A stretch of 64,000 bases of DNA from Podarcis erhardii (lineage: Eukaryota): the NCBI GenBank assembly GCA_964252035.1, contig OZ176200.1. One strand, given 5' to 3'. Positions 51,487-61,760 of the stretch are shown one piece after another. Under the pieces are notes generated by a model that saw only the letters and a program-made list of their open reading frames with translations, had not been told where the DNA came from and did not search any database. The position numbers were made by a program, and so were the translations under genes. Position 1 is the stretch's first letter, and every line of letters starts with the position of its first letter.

Positions 51487-54345
51487 CATACATATGCATC
51501 ATTTTAAAAGCTTCTGCAGATAGCCACCTGTACCAGATTGTATCTACATCCCAGAAGCCTCTTCAGCATTCACAGTAAGCCCACATGTTTCAATGGCTAT
51601 AAGAATCTGTCTGCTTGCTTTCATCAACAACACACGTGTCTTACTAAGGTTCCATATTCTTGTTTTCTGCAAGAAGCTACCCTAAACCCTGGCATTCTGG
51701 CTACAGTCAAATAGAATGCTAGTGTGCTTTTAGTTTGTTGCTGGTTTAATTTTATTTTTTAAAAAAGTTGTAATTGTTTTTACTTTATTATTTATGTAAG
51801 GTATTTTGAGCGTTGTTGTTTTTTTACCATCAAGTAGTATACAAATTTTATTAAATAAATAAAATAAGTACAGAGTTGCCTGCAATCTGCATTAGGAGGT
51901 GTGCCTGCCTCCATCATAATTAACTTTCCAGAGGAATTTGTAAACATCCCTGTTTATCCAGGCATTTGGGGGATGAGGAATAGTTCCTGGCAACCCCATG
52001 ACCATTGGATGGAAGAATGTTTTGAACTGTAATTGCTTTTAGAACGTTTTGAACTGAAGCTGTGTTCATATGTTTTTAACCGTTTTAGAATGTTTTTGCT
52101 TAATTTTAAAGTTGTGTATCTGTTTGTTGACCTGGGGAGGAAGAGCGAGATATTAATGCAATAAGAAATACGCAAATAAACAATGCAACTAAATTACATC
52201 TGTCACTGTATCTGGTCTCCAAACAATCTGTGCTCTCATTAGAACAAGGTGCCCATTTCTCACCCCAAAACAGCAAATAAATGTTTGAACCTATGAAGGG
52301 TGTTGACAACTTGCTTTACACAAATACGCACCAGTTAGGTCAAAGGCTGGTTTAGTCCTGCTCCTCCTCACATAGTTTAGTCTTTTTAAAAACGGCAAAG
52401 CTATTTTTGCTTTCCCTTGTTGTTGCTAGAATAGTTGCAAGACTACTCTGGAAATCTGGGGAGAAGGGGGAAGGTATGATGGTGCTGCAATACATGCACT
52501 TTGCAATAGGTGCTCCCCACAGCTAGCTTTCCCTAGTTCAAACCAAATTCTATTAAAATGTTGCATAACTGGTTCTCTCCCCGTAGAATAGAAATTTTTA
52601 CTGTTTTGGGCATACAAGTGCCACAAGGGTGCTTTCAAACTGTTGCTCTTAATATGTCACATGCGTCTTCTCCCTTCGGTGACCAAGCATAATTCCCCCT
52701 GAAAGAGTATCATATTTTTTCGTGTATAACATGCTCCAGTGTATAAGACGCCCCCTATTTTGGGGGACTCAAAATTAAGAAAATTGGGGGGAGATTGCCA
52801 AGGGTTGTTAAGCTCTTTTTTGGGGGGAACTGCCCAGAATTGCACATACACTGACAATCTACCCAATTGCCACTGTGGCAGCCAATCACCAAAAAAACTC
52901 GCCACAACCACCAATCAGCCGCCCTATCGTCACTGAGAAACTGCAACTCGTGGCAGCAGCCAATCGCACGTCCCCCCCTCGGCACTACTCATGTATAAGA
53001 CGAGCCAAGATTTTTAATATAATTTTTAAAGTAAAAAAAACCCTCGTCTAACACACGGGAAAATATGATACTTTGTTTCAAACCAACTCCCTTCCACATA
53101 TATTGCCTCTGTTCATATTGGTGTGTATCTCTGAAAACATACGCCAACATGTAGGGCCTGTTGCAGTAGTATGTGTGGCACCATCAATTTCAAGTGTGAA
53201 GTCTTGGTTTCTGCTCCTGTAGAGCGCAGAGATCTCAGTCCACAGTAACCACAAGAGTCTGACTGTGCCCTGGAGCTTTCAGTTCTGACCTGGCAAGCCT
53301 GGGAGGAAGGGATGCTTACTTACCACTTCGTCATCTGAGTGATCAAAGCTGATGTCAGATATGATTGAGGCCCCAAGTCCTTCCACTGTAGACGGCCTAC
53401 AGAGAAGAGTAACACAGGGGCTGTATCACAAATAACAGCCTCATATCACGCCTGTCTCTCCCACTCTTGCTATATAGCTCAGTTCTTCTAATCCAGTATC
53501 TTCTCCAAACACCCATCATTAAAAAAAAATAAAAATTAAAAAATTTAAATGTGGGGATACCATTGTGGGAAAGCTACATTTTCTTTTCATTCAGTCCCTT
53601 TCTTTGCAAGGACCCCATGATGAAAGTGAGACAGTGGTGGTGAAAGAAACATTACTGCTATTTAATCAAGTTTATTGTTCATTGCTATTTAATCAAGTTT
53701 ATTGTAAGTTTATCATTGTAGCCCAAAGCCATGACAAGTTGTAATTACACTTGCTGTGTTGTTCTGGCATTGTGGGTTTGCATATAAACTAGTCGCCTAT
53801 CATGATTGTTATTTTCGGTATGCATGTCAAGGGGCCCCTTCAAACCTGTAGAATTGGCACTTGTTTTTTTATATACTACAGTGGTACCTCGGTTACATAT
53901 GCTTCAGGTTACATACGCTTCAGGTTACACACTCCGCTAACCCAGAAATAGTACCTCAGGTTAATAACTTTGCTTCAGGATGAGGACAGAAATCGTGCTC
54001 CGGCGGTGCAGCGGCAGGAGGCCCCATTAGCTAAAGTGGTGCTTCAGGTTAAGAATAGTTTCAGGTTAAGTACGGACCTCCAGAACGAAGTAAGTACTTA
54101 ACCCGAGGTACCACAGTACTTCTCAATCATAGGAGCCAACTCCTAGGGGCCAAAGGGTCTTTGCACTCCCAATAAAATAGCTCATGGGCATTGCCAGTGT
54201 GTATGCACTGTGTCATGTGATGAACCATGCAGGGTAGGGCCTACTTGGGCCCCCCAATATTTTATTCAAGTTGGCACCCCTGTTCTCAATGTGGATATTC
54301 ACACCAGTACATCGGTATTTAATTTGAAAGCCTTTTGCCCCCAAA

Positions 54346-54421
<76 letters not shown>

Positions 54422-57400
54422 GGAATGATTTTGCTTATGGTAACAACTACCTGCACATCTGAATCACCAGAAACTTTCTGCAAATAGTAATAATTTGACT
54501 CTACCGATTATTGGAACCAGTAAAGCTAAACAGCAGGAATTAGGCAACTAAGCTGAGAGATAAAACTGATCTGCTGTGTATTTGGGCTGTAGGATGTATA
54601 TACAACTGTTTGATTGAATTTCATTTATTGTATGATTTGTGGCATGTGTGAAACCAGAGATTTACATATGTCCATTTTTAAAAACAAAAATATCCAGACA
54701 GGACTCAGGGATTGATTTGCTTGCCTGAGAGAAGCTGCAATATCAGCTGTCTTAAGTACTCCCTTGCCACTCACCACTTGCCAGGCAGCAGGGTGCTGTG
54801 GCTGAAACGTGGCCTTTCTAAAGCCGCCAGGGCTGATCGCTGGTCCTCATTGAAAGGACTGATTTGTGAATCAGCCATCAGGTAGTCATAGATAAGCTGC
54901 AGCTTGCGCTCCTGAGAGGGATGAAAAGGGGTGAGGGGTGAATAGAACAATGGAGACCCTGTTGGAATGAAGAATGTAGCAGTCTTCAAGTGCAGCCACT
55001 TTGCAGCTGTAACCATGTTCAGACTGGTACATCCCTCCTTAGGGTGGGGAGCACCTAGTTCTCCCAAGCCAACCTAATGCAAGTGAACTGTTTTTGCCTG
55101 GGATGCATGTCCAGGACTGCAACTGACTATGCACTAAATACATCCAAGTTCTGTGCTCCCAAAGTCCAAAATTCTGCAGTCTTAATTTCATGAGTAAATT
55201 TCCACCTGCTGCATAGCTCAGTGTCTAAGCTACTGAGTCACATCAGCTCCTGGCAGCTTTTATGAGACCTGAAACAGCACAGCTGTAGTTGTTATGGTGC
55301 AGCAGTCTCTTGTCCATCTATTGTGCCAAACACTAGCTTCTATTCGGGTTGTGCTTAAAACTTCCTTCTTGCTCCATCTCTTAAGTTCCTAAGTTCTGTG
55401 GCAGCACCTCCCCGCTCCAGGTTTAGATATTATTCTTCGCAGCATGCATCACTCTGACACAACACAAACCATTCACCTACTAGGCTTTATCGCCCTAAGA
55501 ACATAATATGACGGGCATCATTATTTGGTTGGAATCTTATTTGCTCTTGTTTTCTGCTGTTGCTTTTCTGCATATGAATTTTACTTTTCACTGTTACCCA
55601 CCCTGGAAGTGCTTTTTGGCAATGAAGAGTGGGATACAGGTGCTTAAAGTTAAATAGTCTTGTTGATCAGACCAAAGGTCCTGTATCCTGTTTCTCAGAG
55701 GGTGCCTCTGGAAAGCCTAGGCCTCTGGATGGGATAGCCCCCTCTTGCTATTGTTCTCCCACCAATTGGTTTTCAGAAGCTTGCTACCTCAGATCCTGGA
55801 AGCAGTACAGAGCAACCATGACAGACAGCAATTGATAGCCTTATACATAATGAATTTATCTTTAAAAGCCATATAAACTGGTGGCTGTCGCTAAACCTTA
55901 ATTAGGAGCTTGTGAAGAACTACGTAGGGAAGTGCTATAGCTCAGTGGTAAAGCATCTGCTTTGTATGCACAAATCCTTGGCATCTCCAGGTAGGGCTGT
56001 CATTGCCTCCTGGCCCCTGGAAAGAAGATGCTTCCAGTCAATGTAGACAAATACCAAGCTAGATGGACCAAAACCCTGAACTCAGTACAAGGCAGCTTCC
56101 TTATTGTCTGTCCTGAATCAGCTTCATTTAATGGCCTCAGATTCTAACATGAGAAGGGGAGAAAAACTCCCCCCATCTACTTTTCTCCACCATGCCCCTC
56201 CAAGAACCTGCTTTTCCAGCTCAGCTTCTGCCCGGTGCCTTTTCTTCATCTCCACCTCCACTTGGTTGCGGGCGTGTTTCAACTTCACTTCCAGGACTGA
56301 ACATTCGTACTCCGACTGGCGCAGCTTCTCCCTTGTTCCCTGCAAGTCGCAATCCAGGCAGCAGCATCGCTGGCGCATCCCCTCGAGACATTTGGCAATC
56401 TGGAGGCAGTCTAGAGAGGGCAGAAACAAGCATTGTGACATCCACAAAGGTTCTCCATGTGGCAACAGCAATGAAAAGAGAACTAACTGTGTGGAGTGGA
56501 CTCTTTCTAAGTCAATGAGTCATTCTATTTTTATTATTATTTTTATTACTTTTCCAAATTTATAAAAAGAAATAACGTTGCAAAACACAGAACAAAAGAA
56601 AGCACATTACAATACAAAATAAAAACATAAAAAACAATTATTTCTTCCAAGATCCAATTTACCTTACATTGTTAGCTGACTTCCTTGAATCCCCCCAACT
56701 GAATTTCATTGCATCACCTTGTAACAGTTCTCCAAAGTCATATTTCTATTAAAATTAACTTCTTTCATTTACTATCCTCTTCTCTTTTATTAGTATTCTA
56801 ATCCTTAATGTTTTACAACGCATTTTTATTCTAGTCCTAAGCCTATTTGTTACTTCCAAGTGACTTCTAATTATCTTATATTACAATATTTAGCTAGATA
56901 TTCTTTAAATTTCTTCCAATCTTCCTGGGTCTCCTCTTCTTTCTGGTCCCGGATTCTTCCAGTCAGGTTGGCCAGCTCCAAAAAGTCCAAAATCTTCATA
57001 TGCCATTCATCTATTGTTGGCATTTCTTGTGATTTCCAATTTTTGGCCAATAAAAGTCTTGCCGCTGTGGTGGCATACAAAAACAGCCTAACATCTTTTT
57101 GGGGCAGTTCCAATCCTATTATTCCAAGTAGAAAGGCTTCTGGTTTCTTAATAAATGTATTTTTCAACATTTTTTCCAATTCATTATATTTTCCCCCAGA
57201 AGTCTTTCGCCTCAGGACACGTCCACCACATATTGTAAAAAGTTCCTTCTTTTTCCTTGCATTTCCAACATTGGTTATCATTTGTATGATACATCTTTTC
57301 TAATTTCACTGTTTTAGAACAGTATATGCAGTAAACTTAACCCCTTTCTTCCAAAGCCTTTCCCAATCTTCCAACATTATATTGTGTCCAACATCTCTTG

Positions 57401-60400
57401 CCCAATCAATCATCACAGATTTAACTTGTTAATCCTTTGTATGCCATTCCAACAATAAATTATACATTTTAGAGACATTTTTAACATTGGTATCTAACAA
57501 CTCTGTTTCCAATTTGGATTTTTCTGTTGCAAAACCATTTTTCTTATCAAGCTTATACAGTTCATTAATCTGATAATATTGTAGCCAGTCATCCAATTTA
57601 TCCTTAATTTGGTCAAATGGACTTAATTTAAATCCTTCATTATCTTCCAACAATAAATCAGCATTTTTCAGCCATTTACTCTCCATATTTAACTTTTTCT
57701 GGGCCTTTGCTTTCATTGGTGAAAGCCACCTGGGTGTTTTCCTTTCTAAAAGATCTTTATATCTTATCCACACATTATAAAGAGATTTCCTGATTACATT
57801 ATTTTTAAAACCTTTGTGGGCCGTTATCTTGTCATACCATAAATATGCGTGCCAACCAAATACATTGTTGAATCCTTCCAAATCCAACACATCAGCGTTA
57901 TCTAGTTGAATCCATTCCTTGATCCAGCAGAAAGTCGCAGCTTCAAAATATATCTTCAAGTCTGGCAGGGAAAATCCCCCTCTTTCTTTTGTATCTGTTA
58001 ATATTTTATATTTAATTCTGGGTTTTTCCCCATGCCAGATAAATTTAGACAATGCTTTCTGCCATTCTTTAAAACATCTTACGCTGTCAATAATTGGAAT
58101 AGCTTGGAATAAAAACAACATCTTTGGCAATTCATTCATAGTAAATGAGTCATTCTAGAAGAGCTCAAGAACAGCTGAAGACAGTGGCTACAAATTACGG
58201 GGGTGTCATTTTATTTAACACACTTTATATGCTGCTTGATTGTGAAAATCTCTTAGTGGTTTACAAAACAACAACCACCATGTTGTCATCAAAGAAAAAC
58301 CCCTGCCAATGCTGATGCTTAGAGGTGATGCAGTTATATTCCTGAAATCTCAGCTCCTTCAGAACTGCCAACAATGGTTTTTCTCACGCGACCCACCATA
58401 GTACCTTTGACTTCCTGCTCCATTTTGTGGCATGTTACAATGACCACAAAAGGGCTATCTTAAGGCAGTGATTGTGAAACCATCGCCCTCCAGATGCTAT
58501 TGAACTACAACTCCCATCATTCCTGACCATTGACAATGCTAGCTGGAGCTAATGGGGAGTTTTTAAGAAAGCAGCGGAGCCATTTAAGCAAATGACACAA
58601 GCAAATACAAAAAAAGGGTTGAAATTAAACCCCCTCTTGGACTAGACAATGAATTGGATTGGAGAATCCCAGAGAACTCTTATGACCTGAGCCCAATTAT
58701 GTGATGACACTAACTGAGAAAACCCATATAGTCATCCAGAATCTTGCCACCCTGTTTTTGTCCTGCTCAGAATCAGCATCACCTTCAGATGTCTGGTGGT
58801 GGTAGTGCCTGGATAATATGTCCTCAATAGGTCCACCTCCTTTTTGCTGCTGCCACCTCTGCCCATTTACTTGCCCTTTAAGCCCAAACTAAAGAGCCAC
58901 CCAAAAGAAGTGGGCAGGGCAAGCCAAGCAGAAATATTGCTCCTCCTCCCTGTCATTGGTTGCTTCATTTGATGGGATCAGGGCCTGCATGTCCCATTTT
59001 GCCACTTGAGGCAAAACTGGAGGTGCCACCCAGCCCTGTTGCCACCACTGTGCCACCTACTTTCTACATGGACACTGGATAGCAAAGGACCCTAGTAGGG
59101 CAGCAGAGGGGAGAATTTTTCAGCAAAAGTGCCACATTCCCTCATAGGTACCCTTCTGAGGGCCGCATGTTAGTAATGGGCAAGGTCAGAGACATAAGAG
59201 GATGGAGGAACAGGTGTGGTCACCAGCCTTTGTACGGGAGAAAAGGTAAAGGGTAAAGGTACCCCTGCCCGTACGGGCCAGTCTTGACAGACTCTAGGGT
59301 TGTGCGCTCATCTCACTCTAGAGGCCGGGAGCCAGCGCTGTCCGCAGACACTTCCGGGTCACGTGGCCAGCGTGACGAAGCTGCTCCGGCGAACCGGCAC
59401 CAGAGCAGCACACGGAAACGCCGTTTACCTTCCCGCTACAAAGCGGTACCTATTTATCTACTTGCACTTAAGGGTTCTTTCGAACTGCTAGGTGGGCAGG
59501 AGCTGGGACCGAACGACGGGAGCTCACCCTGCCGCGGGGATTCGAACCGCCGACCATGCAAGTCCTAGGCGCTGAGGTTTTACCCACAGCGCCACCCGCG
59601 TCCCTTGTACGGGAGAAGTCAGAGGCAAATAAGGGACATGGTCAGAGTTCAAGGGTATATGCCAGGCAGGCAAAAGCACTTGAGTGTGGTGATAGTTAGT
59701 TCAGTCCAGGAATAGTCCTGAGGGCAAGACAGAGGGACCTGGAAGGCCGCATTTCGCCTCTGGGCCTGAGATTGCCCACCCCCTCTAGCAGGATATAAAC
59801 AAAGACAACCCTGGAACCTGTTTCCATGCACGGGTTAGTGCCAGGACGGACACACAAACTATTTTTGTAACACAAAACCAACAACACCGAGAAATGCTCA
59901 CAAACACAAAACAAAGCCAGGCCACAAATCAAAGGAAGTGGGAACTGTTGTCATGGCAATGTGAGCCCAAGAATGAGCAGCAGGGAGGTGCTTTTATTCA
60001 GTTCAGTAACAACATAATTACAAGCAATCTAAATATATCAGCTAGCTTAGTACTGTAATGCCATTAAAATCCAAATAATTAACAGCTACATACTTGTCAG
60101 CCAAGCCCAGTCTCTCTGCATTGACTGGGCAGAACAACAAAAGGTTGTTCTGTTAACACTTACGGTACTTCTTAACTGGGCAATGGGTGAGAATGCAGTT
60201 TGCAAGTTTTCTGCACTTCAAATAAAATTTGTATTTTACAATAGAACATCGTCTCAAAAATCACTGAAGATTCATGGAAGGGGTGTGTGTCAGGCTGCAG
60301 CCCCCAAGGCATTGTGTCCATTGCTTAATGCACGTCAAGCGCCATTAGCAATATGTTCAGATTTGTCAAAGACAAAGGATGGAGAACCTTGGCCAACCCA

Positions 60401-60483
60401 CCTAGTTCGATGCTGCTGTTGAACTCTATGAGGCTCAAGAGCTGGTCCATGTGGCGCATCAGCTGCGGGTACAGGCGATTCAT
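43958..60483 (-). CDS. Rac GTPase-activating protein 1-like (RACGAP1/MgcRacGAP/CYK-4 paralogue): coiled coil, C1 domain and RhoGAP domain, about 630 aa
   Basis: Minus-strand exons: 60483-60402 (MNRLYPQLMRHMDQLLSLIEF), 56410-56208 (VKLKHARNQVEVEMKKRHRAE), 54911-54775, 53396-53324 (SDISFD), 51305-51264, 50938-50858, 50506-50389, 49503-49322, 48492-48337 (C1: CAVC..CRPC..HPEC..C), 48069-47974, 47142-46941 (GLYRVPG, LKDFLRSLKEPLVTF), 46838-46733 (LPLANRDTLAFL), 45967-45835 (NLARIFGPTLVG), 45014-44903, 44766-44652, 44012-43958 (KTGKFFPLPVS*). All GT-AG and phase-compatible, 1893 nt with no internal stop. The sequence is too divergent from canonical RACGAP1 to assign that symbol. Confidence 0.93.
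49101..49236. mobile_element. Palindromic hAT (Charlie-like) MITE
   Basis: 136-bp near-perfect inverted repeat CAGTGTTTCCCAACCTTGGGCCTCCAGCTG...CAGCTGGAGGCCCAAGGTTGGGAAACACTG. 8-bp target-site duplication attaagag at 49093-49100 and 49237-49244. Confidence 0.92.
51445..51492. repeat. (CATA)n microsatellite
   Basis: catacataca run in an intron of the RACGAP1-like gene. Confidence 0.93.
52710..53068. mobile_element. Non-autonomous Tc1/mariner-superfamily (Tc2/pogo-like) element
   Basis: Imperfect TIRs tcatattttttcgtgtataa / aacacacgggaaaatatga, TA on both flanks, and internal GTATAAGACG repeats. Confidence 0.7.
53879..54116 (+). mobile_element. Tc1/pogo (Tigger-like) MITE, copy 4
   Basis: Same TIRs and body, with TA flanks. 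Confidence 0.88.
54349..54418. repeat. Compound (GT)n(GA)n microsatellite
   Basis: Directly visible. Confidence 0.95.
56528..58143 (-). mobile_element. 5'-truncated L1-clade LINE (ORF2 C-terminal region, frameshifted)
   Basis: ORFs 57429-58139 (LPKMLFLFQAIP..FIWHGEKPRI..GGFSLPDLKIYF) and 56871-57281, a CCHC knuckle (CWKC..HMWWTC) in another frame, and an A-rich tail. 14-bp target-site duplication aatgagtcattcta at 56514-56527 and 58144-58157. Confidence 0.92.
59243..59604 (-). mobile_element. Sauria SINE, full length, CpG-rich variant
   Basis: Same architecture as the copy at 14767-15133 but with diagnostic differences. 13-bp target-site duplication ttgtacgggagaa at 59230-59242 and 59605-59617. 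Confidence 0.92.
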
Positions 60484-60999
60484 CCTGCTAAAGATACAAG
60501 GGTCGAGAGGGAAGCAAAGGCACTCTGGGCTTCAAAAACCAGTTAAGGGAGTGAAGAACAGGCAACGCCCAAGTATGTGTAGGCCCTAGCCCCGTAGGGG
60601 CCCAACACCTTTAGTGTATGCAAAACACTAATAAAGAAAAAGCTTCTCCTGAGCATGTACAGAGAGAGTCTTTGCTATGTCACTTCCACCCAACCCCTGC
60701 ACTTCCAGAAATGAGGCCTGATATGCCTTGAAGAGGAGGCCTAGGAACCACTTTACATTTTCTTTTTCTAAGAAAACATCCTCAGCAAATCTATATATTA
60801 CAGAAAAGGCGCGGGGTGGGGTGTGTGCAGGAGAACGTCTTACTGTATATCCCACTTACATGTTACTAGGGCATAGAGACTCCAGTCAGGCGAATATGGA
60901 AACACACAGACTGCTCGCCGAACAAATTAAGAGCATCAGTGAATCAGCACCTGAGGTTACAAGCCATATTACTGCAGCCACCCACACAAAGCATCCTCC

Positions 61000-61760
61000 G
61001 CCATCGAAGAACCGCTGGGTGAGCCGCGGCGTGTTTTAAGCAACCCGCCTACTTAGAAAGCGCCACCCATCGCCGGGATTAAAGCCGGGAGCCAATTCGG
61101 CCTCTTTTTAAGGAGGGACAGGGATCTCGGCAACAAACCCCCCCTCCGCTCTCAGTCGAGGGAAAGCCTTTCTTTTCTGCTCAGCTACCAGCGGCCCCTC
61201 CAAAGTTGTTGCGCCTTCTCCGCCCCCTCTGGCTGCGGGTGGCTAGGCCTCGTCCTTAGCAAAGATGGGGGTACACTGGCTCTTTAACAGGGTGAGGGGG
61301 TTTCCCTCACCCGCCGCCCAGACCTGAGCGGCAACGCATCCCAAGCCCATCGCTCCAAAGGCAGTCGGGGCGTAGGAGAGTTTCTCTAGGTGGAGATTTC
61401 TGCGCCACTTTAAGAATAGCGAGCGCGTCTCCAGGGGGCTGAAAGAGCACGTGCGGGCCCCATCTCCTCCGCTACCTCCCCCGGCTTGGAACAGTTGCGC
61501 CACGAAGCTTCCGTGACCTTCATGAAGCCGGGGGAGGCTCCATTCCGGAGCAGGTGAGCGCCACCTTTTCGCCTATACCTTTAGGCCCAAGATGCTCGCA
61601 TTACCGAGGGCGTTCCTCCTCGCGAGGGGCCGCTGTCCATCCATCTGCACTTTCGGCATCTGCTCCCTGCAGGCAATACCCGTCCGCCCCCAACCACGTG
61701 CACATTCCCCGGCCACTCAAGAGATCGCGCCGTGCTTCTGAGGAAGGGGCCTGCAGCCCG
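61000..61760. promoter_or_regulatory. CpG island, probable promoter and non-coding exon 1 of the RACGAP1-like gene
   Basis: CpG-rich stretch 0.5-1.2 kb upstream of the ATG exon. Minus-strand donor CGG|GTGAGG at 61311. Confidence 0.8.

Noticed and set aside
52657-52914. Minus-strand ORF ending GELCLVTEGRRRM as a RACGAP1-like exon
   Set aside because: Mostly inside a DNA transposon. The putative exon would be 38 nt and break the frame; the 42-nt exon at 51305-51264 fits.
42130-53705. Short local tandem duplications (42130-42162, 53655-53705, and also 2927-2987)
   Set aside because: Ordinary slippage duplications in introns or intergenic DNA, with no sign of function.
56860-58158. ORFs of 136-236 aa as host genes
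   Set aside because: They are L1 ORF2 remnants and their antisense shadows, bounded by a target-site duplication.
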